The notes under the pieces: model-generated
Database searches by the model: none
What the model was told of the DNA's origin: nothing
Seen by the model: only the letters and a program-made list of their open reading frames with translations
Assembly (NCBI GenBank): GCA_005881215.1
Contig: VBDZ01000001.1
Location: 2,998-66,997 of the forward strand
Origin: Chloroflexota bacterium
Lineage (GTDB): Bacteria > Chloroflexota > Dormibacteria > CF-121
Length of the DNA stretch: 64,000 nt
Direction: 5' to 3'
Program-made: the position numbers and the translations under genes
Shown: in pieces, positions 44,139-54,377 of the stretch
How the letters are laid out: the number at the start of each line of letters is the position of its first letter
Numbering within the stretch: the stretch's first letter is position 1

Positions 44139-45287
44139 TTGCCTCAGTTACGGCAGGATTTGATTACCGGGCGCTGGGTTGCCGTGGCAACAGAGCGCGC
44201 CCGCCGGCCCGATTCCTTCACCCAGGCCGCCAAGGAAAGCATCGCGGCCCGTGACGTCTGTCCCTTCTGCCCCGGACACGAGTCGATGACGCCGCCGGAG
44301 GTGCTCGCTTATCGGCCGCCCGGCACCATGCCGAATAGCGAGGGCTGGTGGATCCGGGTGGTCCCCAACCTTTACGCCGCCTTTCGGCTCGAGCCGGACG
44401 GCCAGGAACAGCGCGCGGGCCGGTTTTGGCAGCGAGACGCCATCGGCGCCTGTGAGGTTTTGATCTCCAGCCCCGACCATCGCGCGCCCACGCCCCTGCT
44501 CCCGGGGCGCCAGGTCGAGGAGATGGTGCAGTCCTATGTCGACCGATACCGGCAGCACGCGCGCAACCCGACACTGGAGCACGTCCTGATCCTCTACAAC
44601 CATGGGCGTCCCGCGGGCGCCTCGCTGGAGCACCCGCATTCGCAGCTCTATGCCATCGGCCTTCTTCCGCCCACCTACCTGGAGGAGCTGGAGGGAGCCC
44701 GCCGGTTCTTCGAGCAGGAAGGCGAATGTGTCTTCTGCCGGACGATCGCCGACGAGCGCCGCGCCGGAGTTCGGGTGGTCTTCGAGAATGGGAGCTTTAC
44801 CGTCTTCGCGCCGTACGCCGCCCGAACGCCGTTCGAAACCTGGATCGCGCCCCGGCGGCACGTGGCGTCATTCGGAGATCTCGACACCGGGCGCGAGAAG
44901 TCGGCGCTGGCGGAGGCGCTCCAGGTGACGCTCCGGGCCTTCTATGACGGGCTGAACGATCCGCCGTTCAACTACTACATCCACAGCGCCCTGCTGAAGG
45001 GGAACGTCGCCGATGCCTGGATCAGCGACGCCTATCACTGGCACCTGGAGATCGTTCCCAAGCTGAGCATCGCGGCCGGCTTCGAACTTGGCACCGGGAT
45101 CTGGATCAACGTCGTCAAGCCCGAGGACTCGGCGGCGTTCCTGCGCGAACGGATCGCAGAAGGCGCCGGCCCGCCGGCCGACGCGAGCGGCGCGCGGGGC
45201 GTCGCCCCTCGCGAGCCGCGCTTTAGTGCGATGCGAGCGATTGAGACGTCCGGCGGGCCAGGCGAGCGTTTGAGGCGTTCTCCGTGA
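44139..45287 (+). CDS. GalT-like HIT-superfamily nucleotidyltransferase/phosphorylase (galactose-1-P uridylyltransferase or ADP-glucose phosphorylase type)
   Basis: CPFCPGHE zinc motif and the HPHSQ active-site histidine motif. Confidence 0.75.
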   Translation: MPQLRQDLITGRWVAVATERARRPDSFTQAAKESIAARDVCPFCPGHESMTPPEVLAYRPPGTMPNSEGWWIRVVPNLYAAFRLEPDGQEQRAGRFWQRDAIGACEVLISSPDHRAPTPLLPGRQVEEMVQSYVDRYRQHARNPTLEHVLILYNHGRPAGASLEHPHSQLYAIGLLPPTYLEELEGARRFFEQEGECVFCRTIADERRAGVRVVFENGSFTVFAPYAARTPFETWIAPRRHVASFGDLDTGREKSALAEALQVTLRAFYDGLNDPPFNYYIHSALLKGNVADAWISDAYHWHLEIVPKLSIAAGFELGTGIWINVVKPEDSAAFLRERIAEGAGPPADASGARGVAPREPRFSAMRAIETSGGPGERLRRSP

Positions 45288-47785
45288 AGGCAGTGGTGAT
45301 GGCCGGTGGTGAGGGTTCGCGGCTGCGGCCGCTGACCAGCGGCGTTCCGAAACCGCTGGTGCCCGTTGTCGGCAAGCCGGTGATGGAGCACATCCTGCGG
45401 CTGCTGCGCCAGCACGGCATCACCGATGTCGTGGTGACCCTGCAGTATCTCGGCTCCGCGATCCGGGACTACTTCGGTGACGGTTCGGATTTCGGCGTCG
45501 ACATCACCTACGTGGTCGAAGATGCCCCGCTGGGAACCGCCGGCAGCGTCAAGAATGCCCAGGAATATCTGGACGAGCCGTTCATCGTCATCAGCGGCGA
45601 CGCCCTGACCGATATCGACCTGGGCAAGGTGATGGCCTACCACAAGGAAAAAGGAGCGTCAGCGACGATCGTCCTCACCTCGGTGTCGAACCCGCTCGAG
45701 TTTGGCGTGGTGATCACGAATCCCGATGGGACCATCAACCGTTTCCTCGAGAAGCCATCCTGGGGCGAGGTGTTCTCGGATCAAGTCAACACCGGCATCT
45801 ACGTGATCGAACCCGAGGTCCTGGACCTGCTGCCGCCGGCGACCGTGGTGGACTGGAGTGGTGAAGTCTTCCCCAAGATGCTGGCCAACAAAATGCCGCT
45901 GTACGGTTATCTCGCGCCGGGATACTGGTGTGACATCGGCAACATCCAGACCTACTACCAGGCGAATTGGGATGCGCTCGAGGGGCGCGTCGACGTCGAG
46001 ATTCCGGGCGAACGTCGCCACGGGAACGTCTGGGTAGGGGAGAACGTCGAGATCGGCTACGACGTGCGCATCAACGGCCCCGCCTACATCGGCAACGACT
46101 GCAAGCTCAAGGCGGGCGTCTTCATCAATGGGCCCGTCTGCGTCGGGAACTTCTCGGTGATCGACGAGAACACCAAGATCAGCAACTCGGTCATCTGGAC
46201 CTACTCCTACATCGGCGAGAACTCGCGGTTGCGCCAGGCCATCGTCTGCCGGCACGTGACGATCAAGAACAACTGCCTGCTCGAGGAAGGGGCCGTCATC
46301 GGCGATGACGTCGTCGTCGGGGAAGGCACTACCATCGATGCCGGCGTCAAGATCTGGCCCGACAAGGAAATCGAGCCCGGGTCGACGGTCCACGAAAGCA
46401 TCATCTGGGCCGGGCACTACAAGCGCGGCCTGTTCTCCTCATACGGGCTGGTGGGCCTGGTCAACATCGAGCTCACCCCGGAGTACTGTGCCCGCCTGGG
46501 GGCATCGTTCGCCGCGCTTTTTCCCAAGGGTTCCGCGATTGGGGCGGCCCGCGACGGCCAGCGCCCCTCCCGGATGATCAAGCGGGCGATGATCGCGGGC
46601 ATGATGTCGTCGGGGGCGAACATCATCGACCTCAGCGAGCTGCCCATCCCCGTGGTCCAGTACTACGCGCGCGAGCATCCGATCAGCGGCGCGGTGCACA
46701 TCCAGATGTCCCCCCTCGACAGCCGCTCCGCCGACATCCGGATGTTCGACGGCAACGGCCTGGTGCTCGACAAAAAAGCCGAGCGAAAGCTGGAAAACAT
46801 CTTCTTCCGCGAGGACATCCGGCGGGTGCATTTTTACGAGATGGGCGACATCAGCTATGTGCAGGATGCGATCGACTCGTACATCGACGGGTTGATCGGC
46901 CTGACGGACGTCGAGGCGATCCGCCAGGCGCACTTCAAGGTGCTGGTCGACTTCGATCACGGCAGCGCCTCGCTGGTTCTGCCTCGGCTGTTCAAGGAAT
47001 TGAACATCGAGGCCATCCCGCTGAATGCCGGGTTCGACGAGACCTACCAATCGAAAACGAACGAGGCGTTCAGCGAAGCCCGCCGGCAGTCCGCGCTGAT
47101 CACGCGCACCCTGGGGTGCAACCTGGGGGCCTACATCGACTACGGATCCGAGCGAGTGTTTTTGATCGACGAGAAGGGCGAGCTGCTCGACCACCATGAG
47201 GCGCTGGGGGTGCTGGCGATCCTGGCGCTGAAGTCGAGACCGGGAGTGCTGGTGGCGCCGGCCACCGTGCCGCAGACGATCGCGGCGCTGGTGCGGCAGC
47301 AGACAGGATCGCACTTCGTCCCGGGGAAAAGCGAACCGGCGGCCCTCCTGCGTGCGGCGCAGCAGCACCAGGCCCGGCTGGGCTCCGACGCGAATGGCGG
47401 CTACGTGTTTCCCGAGCACTTGCTGGGTTTCGACGCGATCTTCACCCTGATCAAGTTGCTCGAGCTGCTGGCCAAGGAGGGCAGGTCCGTCTCGGCCGTT
47501 CGGGCGGAGATTCCGCGGGCGGCCTACGAGCACCGGTTGGAATCGGTTCCGTGGGACGCCAAGGGCCGGGTAATGCGCACGATGGTGGAGATGCACCGCG
47601 ATGCCCCGGTCGATCTGGCGGATGGGATCAAGGTGTTCGTCGACGGGGGATGGGTGCTGGTATTGCCAGATCCCGATATGCCGCGCTACCACATCATTGT
47701 CAGCATGGAGGACTCCGACAAGGCGCGGGCGCTGGCTGACCAGTACAGCGCGCTCGTGAAGACCGCCGTCACCCCGCCGGCCTGA
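45284..47785 (+). CDS. Fusion of sugar-1-phosphate nucleotidyltransferase (with left-handed beta-helix) and phosphohexomutase (PGM/PMM)
   Basis: [13 protein letters not shown] nucleotidyltransferase motif; hexapeptide repeats; a C-terminal ~450 aa alpha-D-phosphohexomutase-like domain. Confidence 0.85.
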   Translation: MKAVVMAGGEGSRLRPLTSGVPKPLVPVVGKPVMEHILRLLRQHGITDVVVTLQYLGSAIRDYFGDGSDFGVDITYVVEDAPLGTAGSVKNAQEYLDEPFIVISGDALTDIDLGKVMAYHKEKGASATIVLTSVSNPLEFGVVITNPDGTINRFLEKPSWGEVFSDQVNTGIYVIEPEVLDLLPPATVVDWSGEVFPKMLANKMPLYGYLAPGYWCDIGNIQTYYQANWDALEGRVDVEIPGERRHGNVWVGENVEIGYDVRINGPAYIGNDCKLKAGVFINGPVCVGNFSVIDENTKISNSVIWTYSYIGENSRLRQAIVCRHVTIKNNCLLEEGAVIGDDVVVGEGTTIDAGVKIWPDKEIEPGSTVHESIIWAGHYKRGLFSSYGLVGLVNIELTPEYCARLGASFAALFPKGSAIGAARDGQRPSRMIKRAMIAGMMSSGANIIDLSELPIPVVQYYAREHPISGAVHIQMSPLDSRSADIRMFDGNGLVLDKKAERKLENIFFREDIRRVHFYEMGDISYVQDAIDSYIDGLIGLTDVEAIRQAHFKVLVDFDHGSASLVLPRLFKELNIEAIPLNAGFDETYQSKTNEAFSEARRQSALITRTLGCNLGAYIDYGSERVFLIDEKGELLDHHEALGVLAILALKSRPGVLVAPATVPQTIAALVRQQTGSHFVPGKSEPAALLRAAQQHQARLGSDANGGYVFPEHLLGFDAIFTLIKLLELLAKEGRSVSAVRAEIPRAAYEHRLESVPWDAKGRVMRTMVEMHRDAPVDLADGIKVFVDGGWVLVLPDPDMPRYHIIVSMEDSDKARALADQYSALVKTAVTPPA

Positions 47786-47786
47786 C

Positions 47787-48262
47787 ATGGCGTCCGCCCG
47801 CCGCGAACGACGATTCATCCGCACGGCGGGCTTCTTTCGGGCGCTGCCCGCTCCAGTAAAGGCGGCGCTGCCGACTCAATTGAAAGAGGTCAATCACCAC
47901 GTCCGCTCGAGCCAGGCGCAATGGTTTTACGATGACCCTCGACTGCATTTCGAAGCCTGGTGGCACGCCAACACCGGCCGGTTGGAGCTGGGCCTCCACC
48001 TGGAGTCGACGCCGGCCATCAACGACCGGATCGCCACCGGCCTGGCCCGCCAGCTGCTGCTGATCAAGGCCCGACTCGGGGAGCGGCTCGACCTGGAGCC
48101 ATGGGACCGGGGATGGGTCCGACTGTATGAGACCCACCCGGTCGAAGTCTTCGACGCCGCCCGGATCGCCACGACCTCGGCCCGGATGGCCGAGTTGATG
48201 GGAGTGCTCTGGCCCATGTGTCAGGAACTCCGCAAAAGCGATGCTAGAATCCCGCTTGTCAA

Positions 48263-48272
<10 letters not shown>
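47787..48272 (+). CDS. Hypothetical protein (161 aa)
   Basis: Begins 1 nt after the fusion-gene stop. Its last 10 nt overlap the 5' end of the tRNA. Confidence 0.4.
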
Positions 48273-48336
<64 letters not shown>

Positions 48337-48470
48337 TTCAGACACCTCCCGATTCCTCGCCAAGTCGGCGCCGTCAGCGCTGGAGTGCCCGATTATTAGG
48401 AAGCATTAGCGCCCGCCTTCGAGCGGCCATAGGCGCTCCTTAGCTCGGCTATCCTGCGAAGCCAGAGCGG

Positions 48471-49409
48471 ATGGGCTGGATTGACGTTGCACTCGGAGCG
48501 ATGATCGCGGGAGCCATCATCGTTCTGGTCACCTCGCCGGTTTTGCGGCTGTGGGCGCGCACGCGGCATCTCGCACGTTTGTGTTTTCAAGTGAGCGGGG
48601 TAGTTGCGGTCAGCTGGTTTCTGGTCACGCTTGCGGAAAATGCCGCTACGGCACCCGGAGCCGCGCTCGCTGGTGCGGCCCCGATTCCGTTCGCCGCGGT
48701 AGCGCGTGCACTCGTGGGGCCGGCCATTCCCAGCATCTTGCTGATCTTCGTGGCTCTCGGGCTGGGGACCGGCGTCGGTCTTCTCGCTGCGTTTGCGCTG
48801 ACACTGAAGCGGCATCCGTTGCTGACGGTGTTGGCCGTTCTGGCCAGCCTGGCGTGGGTGATCCCCACCTTCTTGCTCGCGATCTTCATCCAGGAAGTCC
48901 AGTCCGCGATCTACGGACTTACCGGCGTCGCCACCGCCGGCGGCTACGCCGTGATCACGCCGTTGTCCGTCTTCTGGGCTGCCCTGGTGCTGGCAATTCG
49001 CCCCGGTATCTACGTCTTCCGTCAGGCCAGAGCGGTCCTGGACATCGAGGAGTTGGCCGATCATGTCCGGGCAGCACGGGCTCGCGGTCTGAGTGGGGTG
49101 CGGATCGCCGCTCGCTACATCTTTCGGCCGGCTGCCGCCAGCATCTCCGTCGGATGGCTGAATTCCGTTCGGCTGTTGGTCGGGGCGCTGCCGCTTGTGG
49201 AGTTCTTCTTCGCATACCCGGGACTCGGTCAGAAGCTGCTGTTTGCCATTGGTGTGCATTACCCGTCACAGGTAGCGAGGTTCGACGCCAACCTGGCGAT
49301 CTCTTCGGTGGTCGCACTGGCCGGCTTGATTCTTCTCATCGAAGCCGCTGTCCGCCTGCTTCAACAAAGTCTCGATCCGCGGCTGCGTGAGCTGAGGATC
49401 GGAGCATGA
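48471..49409 (+). CDS. ABC transporter permease (DppB/OppB-like)
   Basis: Six TM helices and an EAA-like region; overlaps the next permease (ATGA). Confidence 0.7.
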   Translation: MGWIDVALGAMIAGAIIVLVTSPVLRLWARTRHLARLCFQVSGVVAVSWFLVTLAENAATAPGAALAGAAPIPFAAVARALVGPAIPSILLIFVALGLGTGVGLLAAFALTLKRHPLLTVLAVLASLAWVIPTFLLAIFIQEVQSAIYGLTGVATAGGYAVITPLSVFWAALVLAIRPGIYVFRQARAVLDIEELADHVRAARARGLSGVRIAARYIFRPAAASISVGWLNSVRLLVGALPLVEFFFAYPGLGQKLLFAIGVHYPSQVARFDANLAISSVVALAGLILLIEAAVRLLQQSLDPRLRELRIGA

Positions 49410-50347
49410 GGCTGCGAATCAACAGCGGAGTCATGCTATTCGGCGCCGGCTTTCTCGTTCTCGGTCTGATGGCGGCGTTGATCATTGCCGGCCTGCGCGA
49501 GGCGACCTACTGGACCGAGGACGTCTGGGCCGGCGGCCACACCGCGAACGTCATCCTCCTGCCGCCGTTTCCCCCGCTGAGCAATCTTTACGTCTTCAAT
49601 GTCGACCTATCGGCGCGCGCGCAACACTTTTTTGTGCTGGGTTCCGATGGCGGCGGGCGCGACCTATTGGCCCTCGTCGGTCGGGCGGCGATTCCCTCAC
49701 TCGAGCTGGTTGGCGTCGTCGTCATCGCTCGGTTTGCCATCGGGACCGTGATCGGGATCGCCATGGGATTCGGCTCAGCGATCGCCCGCGAGAGCGCCCA
49801 GGCCATCGGCAGCGTCGTGATTGGATTTCCGTATCTGGCCCTGGCCGCCGTCGCAATCCAGGGGTTGGTCCCCAAGGGCCGGCCCCTCGCGTTCGTGATT
49901 GGGATGGCGCTGGTGGGATGGCGCGATATCGCGGAGCTGGTCGCCGGACAGGTGGAGCACGTGCGCAGTCAATCCTTCGCCGTTGCGGCCCGCGCGCTGG
50001 GAACCGATGGGCTTCGGTTCTTTCGACTGCATGTCATTCCGTTCTTGCGGCCGACGATTGGCGTCGAGGTCCCGTTTCAGGTCAGCGCGTCGCTGGTGCT
50101 CCTGGCGGAGCTTGGGTATATCCAGGTCTTCCTTGGGCCCACCATCCCGCTGGAAAACTATCGGGGGCCGGCGACGGTGGTGATCACGAAACCCGAGTTG
50201 GGTCAGTTGCTGTCGCTGACGCGCGAATACATCGTGGCGGGTCAATTCTGGCCGGCCATCGTGCCTGCGCTGGTGATCGCCGTGGTGGCCCTGGGGTTCG
50301 AGCTGATCGGCACGGCCGTGCGCGGTCGGACGCGCCTGGGCCGCTAA
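49406..50347 (+). CDS. ABC transporter permease (DppC/OppC-like)
   Basis: Binding-protein-dependent transport permease fold; the stop abuts the next gene's GTG. Confidence 0.7.
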   Translation: MRLRINSGVMLFGAGFLVLGLMAALIIAGLREATYWTEDVWAGGHTANVILLPPFPPLSNLYVFNVDLSARAQHFFVLGSDGGGRDLLALVGRAAIPSLELVGVVVIARFAIGTVIGIAMGFGSAIARESAQAIGSVVIGFPYLALAAVAIQGLVPKGRPLAFVIGMALVGWRDIAELVAGQVEHVRSQSFAVAARALGTDGLRFFRLHVIPFLRPTIGVEVPFQVSASLVLLAELGYIQVFLGPTIPLENYRGPATVVITKPELGQLLSLTREYIVAGQFWPAIVPALVIAVVALGFELIGTAVRGRTRLGR

Positions 50348-51589
50348 GTGACACGTCTTTCGGTGGGACTGCTCGCCATGCTCTTGGCCGCGTGTTCGCC
50401 GTCGCTGGCGCCGCCGGCCGGCGTATGGCGGGGGGTTCCCGCGCCCCCGGTCGGGCTCGTAGCTCCCGCGGTGCTTGGGTTGGGGGACGGCAGCGCCTTG
50501 GTGCTCGCCGGCCAGAGTCCAGATGCCCTCATCCGGGCCGGCGAGCAGAGCGATCCCGTTCCCACGGTCGAGCGTTTCGCGAGCGGAACGTGGCGACTTC
50601 AAGCGCCAGAGCCCGAAGCCCTCTCCTACCCGGCCATCGTGATCTTGCCCAATGAGGACGTCCTTCTCGTGGGGGGTATCGATCGCGAGGGGATCGCGGT
50701 GCCGCGAGCGTTCCTCTACGATCCGCGCACCAACCGGTGGAGCCGAATGCCGGACATGCCCGCGGCACGCGCGGCCCCGTTCGCGGTGTTGCTATTGGAT
50801 GGAACCGTGCTCGTTGGCGGCGGCGCCGCCGATTCTCCGAACCTCTATCCACAGCCGAGTGGGCTGGCGGCCGCCTGGATCTTCGACCCCGCGAGGCAAA
50901 CTTGGCGATCGGCGGGCTCGATGCACACCGGTCGGATCTTTGCGTCCGCCACGCGGTTATCGGACTCGACGGTGCTGGTCGCCGGTGGCGATGACCAGGG
51001 TAATCCGATGGCGAGCGCCGAGGTCTTTGATCCCGTAAGGGGGTCCTGGACGATGGTCGCCCCCTTGCCTCAGGCTCGCAGCCAGCAGGTTGCTACCTTG
51101 ATCGGAAGCCACGTTGTTCTCATGGGCGGGCGGGCGTTCACGGTGTTCGGAGGAGGGTTCGCCCTCAACGCCGCCCTCGACGCCGAGCTCTACGACATCG
51201 GCTCGAGGTCCTGGAGTCTTGGTTCACCACCAACCTTCAGCCTCAGCCCGGAGCCCTACGTGGCCGTCGCCTCTGCCGTCGACCAGCGCCTGTTGGCGCT
51301 CACCTCACGCCAGGAAGCCGTCGCCTACGACGCCGGCGCCGACTACTGGTCGCGCATTACGCGTCCGCCGTCCTGGCAGGGCAGTCCGGCTCTGGGCACC
51401 ATGGCTAGCGGGCAGGTCTTGCTGCTCGCCGGGAAGTCGGCTTGGCTGTTCGACGCGACCGGCAATCCGCGCTCTGGCGATAGCGGACCCGGGAAGGAGA
51501 CCGTCATCCTCTTTGTGATTGCCGGGGTCCTGCTTTTCTTGATCGGTGTGCAGCGATTGTTCCGTGGTTGGCGACAACCGATACGGTGA
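50348..51589 (+). CDS. Kelch-repeat beta-propeller lipoprotein with C-terminal TM anchor
   Basis: Lipoprotein-like signal (LLAMLLAACSP). Repeated Kelch-like blades (VLLVGG...R; TVLVGGG; TVLVAGGDD; VVLMGGR). C-terminal hydrophobic helix. Confidence 0.6.
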   Translation: MTRLSVGLLAMLLAACSPSLAPPAGVWRGVPAPPVGLVAPAVLGLGDGSALVLAGQSPDALIRAGEQSDPVPTVERFASGTWRLQAPEPEALSYPAIVILPNEDVLLVGGIDREGIAVPRAFLYDPRTNRWSRMPDMPAARAAPFAVLLLDGTVLVGGGAADSPNLYPQPSGLAAAWIFDPARQTWRSAGSMHTGRIFASATRLSDSTVLVAGGDDQGNPMASAEVFDPVRGSWTMVAPLPQARSQQVATLIGSHVVLMGGRAFTVFGGGFALNAALDAELYDIGSRSWSLGSPPTFSLSPEPYVAVASAVDQRLLALTSRQEAVAYDAGADYWSRITRPPSWQGSPALGTMASGQVLLLAGKSAWLFDATGNPRSGDSGPGKETVILFVIAGVLLFLIGVQRLFRGWRQPIR

Positions 51590-51593
51590 TGCG

Positions 51594-52154
51594 GTGAGCC
51601 GCCAGCCTGAGCTCCGTACCACGCGGCTGCTGCTACGTCGCTGGCGAGAGAACGACCTCGACCCATTCGCGGCGATGAACGCCGATCCCGCCGTCATGGA
51701 GCACTTCCATCACGGGGTGCGTACCCGGGCCGAAACGACAGACTTCATGAGTCGCATCGAGCAAGAATTCGAGCGACGCGGCTTCGGCCTCTGGGCCGTC
51801 GAGGTCCCCGGGGTGGCGCCCTTCGTCGGCTTCGTCGGCCTGCATGAGGCGTTGTTCGCGGCACCGTTTACTCCGGCGGTCGAGGTGGGATGGCGCCTGG
51901 CCCGCGCGCACTGGGGCAACGGCTACGCGACCGAAGCGGCCCGGGCGGCGGTCGCCTTCGGTTTTGAGCAGGCAGGTCTCAAGGAGATCCTATCCTTCAC
52001 CAGCGTCGGCAATCTCCGCTCTCAGCGAGTGATGCAGCGGATCGGGATGGTGCGCGACCCCGCCGGCGACTTCGAGCACCCTGCCGTTCCTTCCGGGCAC
52101 CCGATCCGGCCCCATGTCCTGTATCGCATCCGCCGCGAATCCGGATCGCCGTAG
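51594..52154 (+). CDS. GNAT family N-acetyltransferase
   Basis: GNAT fold motifs (HWGNGYATEAARAAVAFGF). Start is a GTG just after the Kelch gene stop; the listed start overlaps upstream. Confidence 0.6.
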   Translation: MSRQPELRTTRLLLRRWRENDLDPFAAMNADPAVMEHFHHGVRTRAETTDFMSRIEQEFERRGFGLWAVEVPGVAPFVGFVGLHEALFAAPFTPAVEVGWRLARAHWGNGYATEAARAAVAFGFEQAGLKEILSFTSVGNLRSQRVMQRIGMVRDPAGDFEHPAVPSGHPIRPHVLYRIRRESGSP

Positions 52155-52241
52155 GCCGCAAGCCTGGCCTTAATCTGGCGCTTCATATACTGGTCCCGTG
52201 AGGGGGAAGCACCAATCCAGCTCGAGGGGTCCACGGCTGCC

Positions 52242-54377
52242 ATGGAATCGGTCGGGTCACTGACAGACCAAATCGCGCCCGCACCGCCACCAGAAGTCCA
52301 GGCGGCGCCTGCCCTGCCGCGCTACCTCAACCGTGAGCTCTCGCAGCTGGATTTCGTCGATCGGGTGCTGGCGATGGCCGAGGACATCTCGCTGCCGCTG
52401 CTGGAGCGGGTCCGCTTCCTTGCCATCCTGGGCGAAACCGTCGACCAGTTCTTCCAGGTCCGCGTCGCCGGCCTGAAGGAGCAGGTGCACGCGGCGCTGC
52501 CGCAGACCTCCCCGGATGGCATGACCACCGGCGAGCAGTTGCGTGCTATTCATCAGCGGGCTGGCAGCCTGCTCGAGCGCAGCACGTCCTTGTTCAGCGG
52601 TCGGGTTGCGCCGGCTCTCGAACAACATGGCGTCTCGATCGCCACGATCGATAACCTCGACGAGGCGGATCGCACCTTCCTCGCCGCCGAATTCGAAGCC
52701 CGCATCTTTCCGGTGCTGACACCGCTCGCGGTCGACCCGGCGCATCCCTTTCCCTACATTTCGCACCTCTCGCTCAACCTGGCGGTGATGGTTCGCGACC
52801 CCATTCGGCACGACATGCGTTTCGCCCGGGTCAAGGTCCCACCGCTGCTGCCTCGCTTTATCGCGCTCCCGGACGGCAAGCGCTTCGTCCCGCTGGAACA
52901 GGTGATCGCGCTCCACCTCGACGAGCTGTTTCCCGGGATGGAGATCGTCAGCCGTCATCCCTTCCGGGTCACGCGCGACGCGGACCTCGACCTGGTCGAC
53001 GAAGAGGCCGCCGACCTGCTGGCCGCGATTCAGACCGAGTTGCGCCGCCAGCAGCGCCGGGCCCAGGTGGTGCGCCTCGAGGTCGACGCCGCGATGTCCG
53101 ATGAGGTTCTCGATCTTCTCGTTCGAGAGCTCGAACTCGAGTCGACCGACGTCTACCGGGTTGCCGGTCTCCTCGACCTCTCCAGCCTCTGGGCGGTCTA
53201 CGCGCTCGACCGTGCCGACCTCAAGGCGGAGCCCTGGACGCCGGTGACGCAACGCCGCCTGCAGGGCGTCGGCGCCGTCCCGGCCAACATCTTCAAGGTC
53301 GTGGCGGAGGGCGACGTCCTCGTCCACCATCCCTATGACTCGTTCGCCACCTCGGCGGAAGCCTTCGTCGACCAGGCCGCTCAGGATCCGGACGTGCTCG
53401 CCATCAAGCAGACCCTGTATCGCACCTCTGGTCCGGTGAGCCCCATCGTGCGGGCCCTGATCCGGGCGGCGGAAAGTGGCAAGCAGGTGGTGGCGCTGGT
53501 CGAACTAAAGGCGCGCGGGGACGAACAGGCCAACATCGTCTGGGCCCAGGCACTGGAACAGGTCGGCGTCCACGTCGTGTACGGCGTAGTCGGGCTCAAG
53601 ACCCATGCGAAAGTCGCGCTGGTGGTGCGGCGGGAGGCCGATGGGATCCGGCGCTACGTTCACGTTGGCACCGGCAACTACAACCCCAAGACGGCGCAGA
53701 TCTATGAGGACGTCGGGCTCTTGTCGGCGGACGCTGAGCTGGGCTCCGATGTCGCCGAGCTGTTCAACTTCCTGACTGGCTACAGCCGGCAGCGCCGCTT
53801 TGGTCAGCTGCTGGTCGCCCCGGTCGGCCTGCGCTCCAACATCATCCGGCTGATCCGTCGCGAGGCGGCCCGTCCTGGTGGTGGCCGGATCATTCTGAAG
53901 GTCAACAGTCTGGTCGATCCCGAAATCGTCGAAGCGCTGTACACCGCGTCGCAGGCCGGAACCGAAATCGACCTGATCGTCCGAGGCCTCTGCACGCTTC
54001 GGCCGGGGGTGGCGGGGCTCTCCGATCACATTCGGGTTCGCTCGCTGGTCGGGCGGTTCCTCGAGCACTCGCGGATCTTCCGCTTCGGCCCGGATGGCGG
54101 CGGGGTCGAGTATTACCTGGGCTCGTCGGACTTGATGCCCCGCAACCTCGATCGCCGCGTCGAGGCCATGGTGCCGGTCGTCGAGCGGAGCCTCCAGGCG
54201 CGCCTGGGCCAGCTCCTCGACATCGAGCTGCAGGATGACGTGCTCGCCTGGGGCCTGCATGCCGACGGTTCCTGGGCCAAGATTCCCACGCTCAAGGGCG
54301 TGAACGCCCAGCGAGCCTTCGAGCAACTGGCCCAGGCGAGGGCCGTCGCCGGCAACGGTTCCGCACCGGATGCTTGA
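52242..54377 (+). CDS. ppk: Polyphosphate kinase 1
   Basis: PPK1 N-terminal, head and two PLD-like C-terminal domains (e.g. YLNRELSQLDFVDRVL; HAKVALVVRRE; autophosphorylated His context). Confidence 0.9.
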   Translation: MESVGSLTDQIAPAPPPEVQAAPALPRYLNRELSQLDFVDRVLAMAEDISLPLLERVRFLAILGETVDQFFQVRVAGLKEQVHAALPQTSPDGMTTGEQLRAIHQRAGSLLERSTSLFSGRVAPALEQHGVSIATIDNLDEADRTFLAAEFEARIFPVLTPLAVDPAHPFPYISHLSLNLAVMVRDPIRHDMRFARVKVPPLLPRFIALPDGKRFVPLEQVIALHLDELFPGMEIVSRHPFRVTRDADLDLVDEEAADLLAAIQTELRRQQRRAQVVRLEVDAAMSDEVLDLLVRELELESTDVYRVAGLLDLSSLWAVYALDRADLKAEPWTPVTQRRLQGVGAVPANIFKVVAEGDVLVHHPYDSFATSAEAFVDQAAQDPDVLAIKQTLYRTSGPVSPIVRALIRAAESGKQVVALVELKARGDEQANIVWAQALEQVGVHVVYGVVGLKTHAKVALVVRREADGIRRYVHVGTGNYNPKTAQIYEDVGLLSADAELGSDVAELFNFLTGYSRQRRFGQLLVAPVGLRSNIIRLIRREAARPGGGRIILKVNSLVDPEIVEALYTASQAGTEIDLIVRGLCTLRPGVAGLSDHIRVRSLVGRFLEHSRIFRFGPDGGGVEYYLGSSDLMPRNLDRRVEAMVPVVERSLQARLGQLLDIELQDDVLAWGLHADGSWAKIPTLKGVNAQRAFEQLAQARAVAGNGSAPDA

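Noticed and set aside
46439-47824. 461-aa minus-strand ORF opposite the nucleotidyltransferase::mutase fusion
   Set aside because: Antisense artefact for the same reasons.
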